DNA from: Eledone cirrhosa
Lineage: Eukaryota
Reading direction: 5' to 3'
Assembly: GCA_964016885.1 (NCBI GenBank)
Contig: OZ024743.1
Coordinates: forward strand, 131,316,001 to 131,380,000
Length of the DNA: 64,000 nucleotides
Below the pieces are notes generated by a model, which was not told where the DNA came from, did not search any database, and worked only from the letters and a program-made list of their open reading frames with translations. The first letter of the stretch is position 1. Each line of letters opens with the position of its first letter. A program made the position numbers and the translations under genes. Below are positions 21,701 through 33,654 of this stretch, piece after piece.

Positions 21701-24700
21701 GTGCTTGGTGATTGGTGCTTGGTGTTTGGTGCTTGGTGTTTGGTGTTTGGTGCTAGGTGCTTGGTGTTTGGTGCTTGGTGCTTGGTGTTTGTACTTGGTG
21801 CTTGGCGCTTGGTTCTTGGTGTTTGGTGCTTGGTGCTTGGTGTTTGGTGCTTGGTGCTTGGTGTTTGGTGCTTGGTGTTTGGTGCTTGGTGTTTGGTGCT
21901 TGGTGCTTGGTGCTTGGTGTTTGGTGCTTGGTGTTTGGTGCTTGGTGTTAGGTGTTTGGTGCTTGGTGCTTGGTGTTAGGTGTTTGGTGCTTGGTGTTAG
22001 GTGTTTGGTGCTTGGTGCTTGGTGTTTGGTGTTTGGTGCTTGGTGTTTGGTGTTTGGTGCTTGGTGTTTGGTGCTTTTTGCTTGGTGCTTGGTGTTTGGT
22101 GGTTGGTGTTTGGTGCTTGGTGTTAGGTGTTTGGTGCTTGGTGCTTGGTGTTTGGTGTTTGGTGCTTGGTGTTTGGTGTTTGGTGCTTGGTGTTTGGTGC
22201 TTTTTGCTTGGTGCTTGGTGCTTGGTGTTTGGTGCTTGGTGCTTGGTGTTTGGTGCTTGGTGTTAGGTGTTTGGTGCTTGGTGCTTGGTGTTAGGTGTTT
22301 GGTGCTTGGTGTTTGGTGCTTGGTGTTTGGTGCTTGGTGCTTGGTGCTTGGTGCTTGGTGTTTGGTGGTTGGTGTTTGGTGCTTGGTGTTAGGTGTTTGG
22401 TGCTTGGTGCTTGGTGTTTGGTGTTTGGTGCTTGGTGTTTGGTGTTTGGTGCTTGGTGTTTGGTGCTTTTTGCTTGGTGCTTGGTGCTTGGTGTTTGGTG
22501 CTTGGTGCTTGGTGTTTGGTGCTGGGTGCTTGGTGTTTGGTGTTTGGTGTTATATGCTTGGTGTTTGATGCTTGGTGCTTGGTGCTTGGTGTTTGGTGTT
22601 TGGTGCTTGGTGCTTGGTGTTTGGTGCTTGGTGTTAGGTGTTTGGTGCTTGGTGCTTGGTGTTAGGTGTTTGGTGCTTGGTGTTTGGTGCTTGGTGTTTG
22701 GTGCTTGGTGCTTGGTGCTTGGTGCTTGGTGTTTGGTGGTTGGTGTTTGGTGCTTGGTGTTTGATGCTTGGTGCATGGTGCTTGGTGTTTGGTGCTTGGT
22801 GCTTGGTGCTTGGTGTTTGGTGCTTGTTGTTTGGTGCTTGGTGTTTGGTGCTTGGTGCTTGGTGCTTGGTGTTTGGTGGTTGGTGCTTGGTGCTTGGTGT
22901 TAGGTGTTTGGTGCTTGGTGCTTGGTGTTTGGTGTTTGGTGCTTGGTGTTTGGTGTTTGGTGTTTGGTGTTTGGTGCTTGGTACTTGGTGCTTGGTGCTT
23001 GGTGTTAGGTGTTTGGTGCTTGGTGTTTGGTGTCTGGTTTTTGGTGTTTGGTGCTTGGTGATTGGTGATAGGTGTTTGGTGCTTGGTGTTTGGTGTTTGG
23101 TGCTAGGTGCTTGGTGTTTGGTGCTTGGTGCTTGGTGTTTGTACTTGGTGCTTGGTGCTTGGTTCTTGGTGTTTGGTGCTTGGTGCTTGGTGTTTGGTGC
23201 TTGGTGCTTGGTGTTTGGTGCTTGGTGTTTGGTGCTTGGTGTTTGGTGCTTGGTGTTTGGTGCTTGGTGTTAGGTGTTTGGTGCTTGGTGCTTGGTGTTA
23301 GGTGTTTGGTGCTTGGTATTTGGTGCTTGGTGTTTGGTGCTTGGTGCTTGGTGCTTGGTGCTTGGTGTTTGGTGGTTGGTGTTTGGTGCTTGGTGTTAGG
23401 TGTTTGGAGCTTGGTGCTTGGTGTTTGGTGTTTGGTGCTTGGTGTTTGGTGTTTGGTGCTTGGTGTTTGGTGCTTTTTGCTTGGTGCTTGGTGCTTGGTG
23501 TTTGGTGCTTGGTTCTTGGTGTTTGGTGCTGGGTACTTGGTGTTTGGTGTTTGGTGTTATATGCTTGGTGTTTGATGCTTGGTGCTTGGTGTTTGGTGTT
23601 TGGTGTTTGGTGCTTGGTGTTTGGTGCTTGGTGCTTGGTGTTTGGTGCTTGGTGCTTGGTGCTTGGTGTTTGGTGCTTGGTGCTTGGTGTTAGGTGTTTG
23701 GTGCTTGGTGCTTGGTGTTTGGTGTTTGGTGCTTGGTGTTTGGTGTTTGGTGTTTGGTGTTTGGTGCTTGGTACTTGGTGCTTGGTGCTTGGTGTTAGGT
23801 GTTTGGTGCTTGGTGTTTGGTGTTTGGTTTTTGGTGCTTGGTGCTTGGTGTTTGGTGCTTGCTGCTGGCTGCTTGGTGTTTGGTGCTTGGTGATTGGTGC
23901 TTGGTGTTTGGTGCTTGGTGTTTGGTGTTTGGTGCTAGGTGCTTGGTGTTTGGTGCTTGGTGCTTGGTGTTTGTACTTGGTGCTTGGCGCTTGGTTCTTG
24001 GTGTTTGGTGCTTGGTGCTTGGTGTTTGGTGCTTGGTGCTTGGTGTTTGGTGCTTGGTGTTTGGTGCTTGGTGTTTGGTGCTTGGTGCTTGGTGCTTGGT
24101 GTTTGGTGCTTGGTGTTTGGTGCTTGGTGTTAGGTGTTTGGTGCTTGGTGCTTGGTGTTAGGTGTTTGGTGCTTGGTGTTTGGTGCTTGGTGTTTGGTGC
24201 TTGGTGCTTGGTGCTTGGTGCTTGGTGTTTGGTGGTTGGTGTTTGGTGCTTGGTGTTAGGTGTTTGGTGCTTGGTGCTTGGTGTTTGGTGTTTGGTGCTT
24301 GGTGTTTGGTGTTTGGTGCTTGGTGTTTGGTGCTTTTTGCTTGGTGCTTGGTGTTTGGTGGTTGGTGTTTGGTGCTTGGTGTTAGGTGTTTGGTGCTTGG
24401 TGCTTGGTGTTTGGTGTTTGGTGCTTGGTGTTTGGTGTTTGGTGCTTGGTGTTTGGTGCTTTTTGCTTGGTGCTTGGTGCTTGGTGTTTGGTGCTTGGTG
24501 CTTGGTGTTTGGTGCTTGGTGTTAGGTGTTTGGTGCTTGGTGCTTGGTGTTAGGTGTTTGGTGCTTGGTGTTTGGTGCTTGGTGTTTGGTGCTTGGTGCT
24601 TGGTGCTTGGTGCTTGGTGTTTGGTGGTTGGTGTTTGGTGCTTGGTGTTAGGTGTTTGGTGCTTGGTGCTTGGTGTTTGGTGTTTGGTGCTTGGTGTTTG

Positions 24701-24900
24701 GTGTTTGGTGCTTGGTGTTTGGTGCTTTTTGCTTGGTGCTTGGTGCTTGGTGTTTGGTGCTTGGTGCTTGGTGTTTGGTGCTGGGTGCTTGGTGTTTGGT
24801 GTTTGGTGTTATATGCTTGGTGTTTGATGCTTGGTGCTTGGTGCTTGGTGTTTGGTGTTTGGTGCTTGGTGCTTGGTGTTTGGTGCTTGGTGCTTGGTGT
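15722..24900. repeat. Long HOR, copy 3 (contains an internal ~2,182-bp duplication)
   Basis: ORF entries 16525, 17479, 18601 and 19457 match copies 1 and 2, and recur at +8488 in copy 4. Confidence 0.87.
20580..24900. repeat. Tandem duplication, period 2,182 bp
   Basis: ORFs 20586->22768, 20890->23072 and 21120->23302. Private markers are shared: GGCGCTT at 21804/23986 and GGTGCTG-GGTACTT at about 21350/23532. Confidence 0.85.
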
Positions 24901-27900
24901 TTAGTGCTTGGTGTTTGGTGCTTGGTCTTTGGTGCTTGGTGTTTGGTCTTTGGTGCTTGGTGCTTGGTGTTTGGTGCTTGGTGCTTAGTGTTTGGTGCTT
25001 GGTGCTTAGTGTTTGGTGTTTGGTGCTTGGTGCTTGGTGTTTGGTGCTTACTGTTTGGTGCTTGGTGCTTGGTGTTTGGTGTTTGCTGTTTGCTGTTTGG
25101 TGTTTGTTGTTTGGTGTTTGTTGTTTGGTGTTTGCTGTTTGGTGTTTGGTGTTTGCTTTTTGGTGTTTGGTGTTTGCTGTATGTTGTTTGGTGTTTGGTG
25201 TTTGGTGTTTGGTGTTTGGTGCTTGTTGCTTGGTGTTTGGTGCTTGGTGCTTGGTGTTTGGTGCCTGGTGCTTGGTGCTAGGTGCTTGGTGTTTGGTGCT
25301 TGGTGCTTGGTGTTTGGTGGTTGGTGCTTGGTGTTTGGTGCCTGGTGCTTGGTGCTTGGTGCTTGGTGTTTGGTGTTTGGTGCTTGGTGCTTGGTGCTTG
25401 GAGTTTGGTGTTTGGTGCTTGGTGCTTTGTGTTTTGTGTTTGGTGTTTGGTTTTTGGTGCTTGGTGCTTGGTCCTTGGTGTTTGGTTCTGGGTGCTTTGT
25501 GTTTTGTGCTTGGTGCTTGGTGTTTGGTGTTTGCTGCTTGGTGTTTGATGCTTGGTGCTTGGTGCTTGGTGTTTTGTTTTTGGTGCTTGGTTCTTGGTGT
25601 TTGGTGCTTGGTGCTTGGTACTTGGTGTTTGTACTTGGTGCTTGGTGCTTGGTGTTTGGTTCTTGGTTCTTGGTGTTTGGTACTTGGTGCTTGGTGCTTG
25701 ATGTTTGGTGTTTGGTGCTTGGTGTTTGGTGCTTGGTACTTGGTGCTTGGTGCTTGGTGTTAGGTGTTTGGTGCTTGGTGCTTGGTGTTTGGTTTTTGGT
25801 GCTTGGTGCTTGGTGTTTGGTGTTTGGTGCTTGCTGCTGGCTGCTTGGTGTTTGATGCTTGGTGATTGGTGCTTGGTGTTTTGTGCTTGGTGTTTGGTGT
25901 TTGGTGCTAGGTGCTTGGTGTTTGGTGCTTGGTGCTTGGTGCTTGGTGTTTGGTGTTTGGTGTTAGGTGCTTGATGCTTGGTGTTTGGTGCTTGGTGCTG
26001 GGTGGTTGGTGTTTAGTGCTTGGTGTTTGGTGCTGGGTGCTTGATGTTTGGTGCTTGGTGCTTGGTCTTTGGTGCTTGGTGTTTGGTGTTTGGTGCTTGG
26101 TGCTTGGTGCTTGGTGTTTGGTGCTTGGTGCTTGGTGTTTGGTGCTTGGTGCTTAGTGTTTGGTGCTTGGTGCTTAGTGTTTGGTGCTAGGTGCTTGGTG
26201 TTTGGTGCTTGGTGCTTGGTGTGTGGTGCCTGGTGCTTGGTGTTTGGTGTTTGGTGTTTGGTGCTTGGTGCTTGGTGTTTGGTGTTTGCTGTTTGCTGTT
26301 TGGTGTTTGTTGTTTGGTGTTTGTTGTTTGGTGTTTGCTGTTTGGTGCTTGGTGTTTGCTTTTTGGTGTTTGGTGTTTGCTGTATGTTGTTTGCTGTTTG
26401 GTGTTTGGTGTTTGGTGTTTGGTGCTTGGTGCTTGGTGTTTGGTGCTTGGTGCTTGGTGTTTGGTGCCTGGTGCTTGGTGCTTGGTGCTTGGTGTTTGGT
26501 GTTTGGTGCTTGGTGCTTGGAGTTTGGTGTTTGGTGCTTGGTGCTTGGTGTTTCGTGTTTCGTGTTTGGTTTTTGGTTCTTGGTGCTTGGTGCTTGGTCC
26601 TTGGTGTTTGGTGCTGGGTGCATTGTGTTTGGTGCTTGGTGCTTGGTGCTTGGTGTTTGGTGTTTGCTGCTTGGTGTTTGATGCTTGGTGCTTGGTGCTT
26701 GGTGTTTTGTGTTTGGTGCTTGGTGCTTGGTGTTTGGTGCTTGGTGCTTGGTGCTTGGTGTTTGTACTTGGTGCTTGGTGTTTGGTTCTTGGTTCTTGGT
26801 GTTTGGTGTTTGGCGTTTGGTGTTTGGTGCTTGGTGCTTGGTGTTTGGTGCTTGGTGCTTGGTGTTTGGTGCCTGGTGCTTGGTGCTTGGTGCTTGGTGC
26901 TTGGTGTTTGGTGTTTGGTGCTTGGTGCTTGGTGCTTGGAGTTTGGTGTTTGGTGCTTGGTGCTTTGTGTTTTGTGTTTGGTGTTTGGTTTTTGGTGCTT
27001 GGTGCTTGGTCCTTGGTGTTTGGTGCTGGGTGTTTGTGTTTGGTGCTTGGTGCTTGGTGTTTGGTGTTTGCTGCTTGGTGTTTGATGCTTGGTGCTTGGT
27101 GCTTGGTGTTTTGTGTTTGGTGCTTGGTGTTTGTACTTGGTGCTTGGTGCTTGGTGTTTGGTTCTTGGTTCTTGGTGTTTGGTACTTGGTGCTTGGTGCT
27201 TGATGTTTGGTGTTTGGTGCCTGGTGTTTGGTGCTTGGTGCTTGGTGCTTGGTGTTAGGTGTTTGGTGCTTGGTCCTTGGTGTTTGGTGCTTGGTGTTTG
27301 GTGTTTGGTGTTTGCTGTTTGGTGTCTGCTTTTTGGTGTTCAGTGTTTGCTGTATGGTGTTTGGTGTTTGCTGTTTGGTGTTTGGTCTTTGGTGCTTGGT
27401 GTTTGGTGCTTGGTGCTTGGTGTTTGGTGTTTGGTGTTTGGTGCTTGGTGTTTGGTGTTTGGTGCTTGGTGTTTGGTGTTTGGTGCTTGGTGTCTGGAGC
27501 TTGGTGTTTGGTTTTTGGTGCTTGGTGTTTGGTGTTTGGTGTTTGGTGTTTGGTGTTTAGTGCTTGGTGCTTGGTGTTTGGTGTTTCGTGTTTGGTGCTT
27601 GTTGTCTGGTGCTTGGTGTTTGGTGTTTGGTGTTTGGTGTTTGGTGTTTGGTGTTTGGTGCTTGGTGCTTGGTGCGTGGTGTTTGGTGTTTGGTGCTTGG
27701 TGTTTGGTGCTTGGTGCTGGGTGGTTGGTGTTTGGTGCTTGGTGTTTGGTGTTTGGTGTTTGATGCTTGGTGCTTGGTGTTTGGTGATTGGTGCTTGGTG
27801 CTTGGTGCTTGGTGCTTGGTGTTTGGTGCTTGGTGCTTGGTGTTTGGTGCTTGGTGCTTGGTGTTTGGTTTTTGGTGCTTGGTGTTTGGTGTTTGGTGTT

Positions 27901-29300
27901 TGGTGCTTGCTGCTGGCTGCTTGGTGTTTGATGCATGGTGATTTGTGCTTGGTGATTGGTGTTTGTACTTGGTGCTTGGTGCTTGGTTCTTGGTGTTTGG
28001 TGCTTGGTGCTTGGTGTTTGGTGTTATATGCTTGGTGTTTGATGCTTGGTGCTTGGTGCTTGGTGTTTGGTGTTTGGTGTTTGATGCTTGGTGCTTGGTG
28101 TTTGGTGCTTGGTGCTTGGTGTTTGTACTTGGTGCTTGGTGCTTGGTGCTTGGTGTTTGGTGCTTGGTGTTTGGTGCTTGGTGCTTGGTGCTTGGTCCTT
28201 GGTGCTTGGTGTTTGGTGGTTGGTGTTTGGTGGTAGGTGTTAGGTGTTTGGTTCTTGGTGCTTGGTGTTTGGTGTTTGGTGCTTGGTGTTTGGTGTTTGG
28301 TGCTTGGTGTTTGGTGCTTGGTACTTGGTGCTTGGTGCTTGGTGTTAGGTGTTTGGTGCTTGGTGTTTGGTGCTTGGTGTTTGGTGCTTGGTGCTTGGTG
28401 CTTGGTGCTTGGTGTTTGGTGGTTGGTGTTTGGTGCTTGGTGTTTGGTGCTTGGTGTTACGTGTTTGGTGCTTGGTGCTTGGTGTTTGGTGTTTGGTGCT
28501 TGGTGTTTGGTGTTTGGTGCTTGGTGTTTGGTGCTTTTTGCTTGGTGCTTGGTGCTTGGTGTTTGGTGCTGGGTGCTTGGTGCTTGGTGTTTGGTGTTAT
28601 ATGCTTGGTGTTTGATGCTTGGTGCTTGGTGCTTGGTGTTTGGTGTTTGGTGCTTGGTGTTTGATGCTTGGTGATTCGTGCTTGGTGTTTGGTGCTTGGT
28701 GTTTGGTGTTTGGTGCTTGGTGTTTGGTGTTTGGTGCTTGGTGTTTGGTGCTTGATACTTGGTGCTTGGTGCTTGGTGTTAGGTGTTTGGTGCTTGGTGT
28801 TTGGTGCTTGGTGTTTGGTGGTTGGTGTTTGGTGCTTGGTGTTTGGTGCTTTTTGCTTGGTGCTTGGTGCTTGCTGTTTGGTGCTTGGTTCTTGGTGTTT
28901 GGTGCTGGGTGCTTGGTGTTTGGTGTTTGGTGTTATATGCTTGGTGTTTGATGCTTGGTGCTTGGTGCTTGGTGTTTGGTGTTTGGTGCTTGGTGTTTGA
29001 TGCTTGGTGCATGGTGCTTGGTGTTTGGTGCTTGGTGCTTGGTGCTTGGTGTTTGGTGCTTGTTGTTTGGTGCTTGGTGTTTGGTGCTTGGTGCTTGGTG
29101 CTTGGTGTTTGGTGGTTGGTGCTTGGTGCTTGGTGTTAGGTGTTTGGTGCTTGGTGCTTGGTGTTTGGTGTTTGGTGCTTGGTGTTTGGTGTTTGGTGTT
29201 TGGTGTTTGGTGCTTGGTACTTGGTGCTTGGTGCTTGGTGTTAGGTGTTTGGTGCTTGGTGTTTGGTGTCTGGTTTTTGGTGTTTGGTGCTTGGTGATTG
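24901..29300. repeat. Long HOR, copy 4 (5'-truncated; grades into the 3.9-kb HOR domain)
   Basis: Offset +8488 from copy 3 (16525->25013, 18601->27089, 19457->27945). The paired GGTCTTT landmark at 16436/16457 recurs at 24924/24945. Confidence 0.85.
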
Positions 29301-32300
29301 GTGATAGGTGTTTGGTGCTTGGTGTTTGGTGTTTGGTGCTAGGTGCTTGGTGTTTGGTGCTTGGTGCTTGGTGTTTGTACTTGGTGCTTGGTGCTTGGTT
29401 CTTGGTGTTTGGTGCTTGGTGCTTGGTGTTTGGTGCTTGGTGCTTGGTGTTTGGTGCTTGGTGTTTGGTGCTTGGTGTTTGGTGCTTGGTGTTTGGTGCT
29501 TGGTGTTAGGTGTTTGGTGCTTGGTGCTTGGTGTTAGGTGTTTGGTGCTTGGTATTTGGTGCTTGGTGTTTGGTGCTTGGTGCTTGGTGCTTGGTGCTTG
29601 GTGTTTGGTGGTTGGTGTTTGGTGCTTGGTGTTAGGTGTTTGGAGCTTGGTGCTTGGTGTTTGGTGTTTGGTGCTTGGTGTTTGGTGTTTGGTGCTTGGT
29701 GTTTGGTGCTTTTTGCTTGGTGCTTGGTGCTTGGTGTTTGGTGCTTGGTTCTTGGTGTTTGGTGCTGGGTGCTTGGTGTTTGGTGTTTGGTGTTATATGC
29801 TTGGTGTTTGATGCTTGGTGCTTGGTGTTTGGTGTTTGGTGTTTGGTGCTTGGTGTTTGGTGCTTGGTGCTTGGTGTTTGGTGCTTGGTGCTTGGTGCTT
29901 GGTGTTTGGTGCTTGGTGCTTGGTGTTAGGTGTTTGGTGCTTGGTGCTTGGTGTTTGGTGTTTGGTGCTTGGTGTTTGGTGTTTGGTGTTTGGTGTTTGG
30001 TGCTTGGTACTTGGTGCTTGGTGCTTGGTGTTAGGTGTTTGGTGCTTGGTGTTTGGTGTCTGGTTTTTGGTGCTTGGTGCTTGGTGTTTGGTGCTTGCTG
30101 CTGGCTGCTTGGTGTTTGGTGCTTGGTGATTGGTGCTTGGTGTTTGGTGCTTGGTGTTTGGTGTTTGGTGCTAGGTGCTTGGTGTTTGGTGCTTGGTGCT
30201 TGGTGTTTGTACTTGGTGCTTGGTGCTTGGTTCTTGGTGTTTGGTGCTTGGTGCTTGGTGTTTGGTGCTTGGTGCTTGGTGTTTGGTGCTTGGTGTTTGG
30301 TGCTTGGTGTTTGGTGCTTGGTGCTTGGTGCTTGGTGTTTGGTGCTTGGTGTTTGGTGCTTGGTGTTAGGTGTTTGGTGCTTGGTGCTTGGTGTTAGGTG
30401 TTTGGTGCTTGGTGTTTGGTGCTTGGTGTTTGGTGCTTGGTGCTTGGTGCTTGGTGCTTGGTGTTTGGTGGTTGGTGTTTGGTGCTTGGTGTTAGGTGTT
30501 TGGTGCTTGGTGCTTGGTGTTTGGTGTTTGGTGCTTGGTGTTTGGTGTTTGGTGCTTGGTGTTTGGTGCTTTTTGCTTGGTGCTTGGTGCTTGGTGTTTG
30601 GTGCTTGGTGCTTGGTGTTTGGTGCTGGGTGCTTGGTGTTTGGTGTTTGGTGTTATATGCTTGGTGTTTGATGCTTGGTGCTTGGTGCTTGGTGTTTGGT
30701 GTTTGGTGCTTGGTGCTTGGTGTTTGGTGCTTGGTGCTTGGTGTTTAGTGCTTGGTGTTTGGTGCTTGGTGTTTGGTGCTTGGTGCTTGGTGCTTGGTGC
30801 TTGGTGTTTGGTGGTTGGTGCTTGGTGCTTGGTGTTAGGTGTTTGGTGCTTGGTGCTTGGTGTTTGGTGTTTGGTGCATGGTGTTTGGTGTTTGGTGCTT
30901 GGTGTTTGGTGCTTGGTACTTGGTGCTTGGTGCTTGGTGTTAGGTGTTTGGTGCTTGGTGTTTGGTGTCTGGTTTTTGGTGCTTGGTGCTTGGTGCTTAG
31001 TGTTTGGTGCTTGGTGCTTAGTGTTTGGTGCTAGGTGCTTGGTGTTTGGTGCTTGGTGCTTGGTGTTTGGTGCCTGGTGCTTGGTGTTTGGTGTTTGGTG
31101 TTTGGTGCTTGGTGCTTGGTGTTTGGTGTTTGCTGTTTGCTGTTTGTTGTTTGGTGTTTGCTGTTTGGTGTTTGGTGTTTGCTTTTTGGTGCTTGGTGTT
31201 TGATGCTTGGTGCTTGGTGCTTGGTGTTTGGTGCTTGGTGCTTGGTGTTAGGTGTTTGGTGCTTGGTGCTTGGTGTTTGGTGCTTGCTGCTGGCTGCTTG
31301 GTGTTTGGTGCTTGGTGATTGGTGCTTGGTGTTTGGTGCTTGGTGTTTGGTGTTTGGTGCTAGGTGCTTGGTGTTTGGTGCTTGGTGCTTGGTGTTTGTA
31401 CTTGGTGCTTGGTCCTTGGTTCTTGGTGTTTGGTGCTTGGTGCTTGGTGTTTGGTGCTTGGTGCTTGGTGTTTGGTGCTTGGTGTTTGGTGCTTGGTGTT
31501 TGGTGTTTGGTGCTTGGTGCTTGGTGTTTGGTGCTTGGTGTTTGGTGCTTGGTGTTAGGTGTTTGGTGCTTGGTGCTTAGTGTTTGGTGTTTGGTGCTTG
31601 GCGTTTGGTGTTTGGTGTTATATGCTTGGTGTTTGATGCTTGGTGCTTGGTGCTTGGTGTTTGGTGCTTGGTGTTTGATGCTTGGTGCTTGGTGCTTGGT
31701 GTTTGGTGCTTGGTGCTTGGTGTTTGTACTTGGTGCTTGGTGCTTGGTTCTTGGTGTTTGGTGCTTGGTGCTTGGTGTTTGGTGTTTGGTGCTTGGTGTT
31801 TGGTGCTTGGTGTTTGGTGCTTGGTGCTTGGTGCTTAGTGCTTGGTGTTTGGTGCTTGGTGATAGGTGTTTGGTGCTTGGTGCTTGGTGTTTGGTGTTTG
31901 GTGCTTGGTGTTTGGTGCTTGGTGTTTGGTGTTAGGTGTTTGGTGCTTGGTGTTTGGTGTTTGGTGCTTGGTGTTTGGTGCTTGGTGTTTGGTGCTTGGT
32001 GTTTGGTGCTTGGTACTTGGTGCTTGGTGCTTGGTGTTAGGTGTTTGGTGCTTGGTGCTTGGTGTTTGGTTTTTGGTGCTTGGTGCTTGGTGTTTGGTGT
32101 TTGGGGCTTGCTGCTGGCTGCTTGGTGTTTGGTGTTTGGTGTTTGGTGCTTGGTACTTGGTGCTTGGTGCTTGGTGTTAGGTGTTTGGTGCTTGGTGTTT
32201 GGTGTCTGGTTTTTGGTGCTTGGTGCTTGGTGTTTGGTGCTTGCTGCTGGCTGCTTGGTGTTTGGTGCTTGGTGATTGGTGCTTGGTGTTTGGTGCTTGG

Positions 32301-33654
32301 TGTTTGGTGTTTGGTGCTAGGTGCTTGGTGTTTGGTGCTTGGTGCTTGGTGTTTGTACTTGGTGCTTGGTGCTTGGTTCTTGGTGTTTGGTGCTTGGTGC
32401 TTGGTGTTTGGTGCTTGGTGCTTGGTGTTTGGTGCTTGGTGTTTGGTGCTTGGTGTTTGGTGCTTGGTGCTTGGTGCTTGGTGTTTGGTGCTTGGTGTTT
32501 GGTGCTTGGTGTTAGGTGTTTGGTGCTTGGTGCTTGGTGTTAGGTGTTTGGTGCTTGGTGTTTGGTGCTTGGTGTTTGGTGCTTGGTGCTTGGTGCTTGG
32601 TGCTTGGTGTTTGGTGGTTGGTGTTTGGTGCTTGGTGTTAGGTGTTTGGTGCTTGGTGCTTGGTGTTTGGTGTTTGGTGCTTGGTGTTTGGTGTTTGGTG
32701 CTTGGTGTTTGGTGCTTTTTGCTTGGTGCTTGGTGCTTGGTGTTTGGTGCTTGGTGCTTGGTGTTTGGTGCTGGGTGCTTGGTGTTTGGTGTTTGGTGTT
32801 ATATGCTTGGTGTTTGATGCTTCGTGCTTGGTGCTTGGTGTTTGGTGTTTGGTGCTTGGTGTTTGATGCTTGGTGCTTGGTGCTTGGTGTTTGGTGCTTG
32901 GTGCTTGGTGTTTGGTGCTTGGTGCTTGGTGTTTGGTGCTTGGTGCTTGGTGCTTGGTGTTTGGTGCTTGTTGTTTGGTGCTTGGTGTTTGGTGCTTGGT
33001 GCTTGGTGCTTGGTGTTTGGTGGTTGGTGCTTGGTGCTTGGTGTTAGGTGTTTGGTGCTTGGTGCTTGGTGTTTGGTGTTTGGTGCTTGGTGTTTGGTGT
33101 TTGGTGTTTGGTGTTTGGTGCTTGGTACTTGGTGCTTGGTGCTTGGTGTTAGGTGTTTGGTGCTTGGTGTTTGGTGTCTGGTTTTTGGTGTTTGGTGCTT
33201 GGTGATTGGTGATAGGTGTTTGGTGCTTGGTGTTTGGTGTTTGGTGCTAGGTGCTTGGTGTTTGGTGCTTGGTGCTTGGTGTTTGTACTTGGTGCTTGGT
33301 GCTTGGTTCTTGGTGTTTGGTGCTTGGTGCTTGGTGTTTGGTGCTTGGTGCTTGGTGTTTGGTGCTTGGTGTTTGGTGCTTGGTGTTTGGTGCTTGGTGT
33401 TTGGTGCTTGGTGTTAGGTGTTTGGTACTTGGTGCTTGGTGTTAGGTGTTTGGTGCTTGGTATTTGGTGCTTGGTGTTTGGTGCTTGGTGCTTGGTGCTT
33501 GGTGCTTGGTGTTTGGTGGTTGGTGTTTGGTGCTTGGTGTTAGGTGTTTGGTGCTTGGTGCTTGGTGTTTGGTGTTTGGTGCTTGGTGTTTGGTGTTTGG
33601 TGCTTGGTGTTTGGTGCTTTTTGCTTGGTGCTTGGTGCTTGGTGTTTGGTGCTT

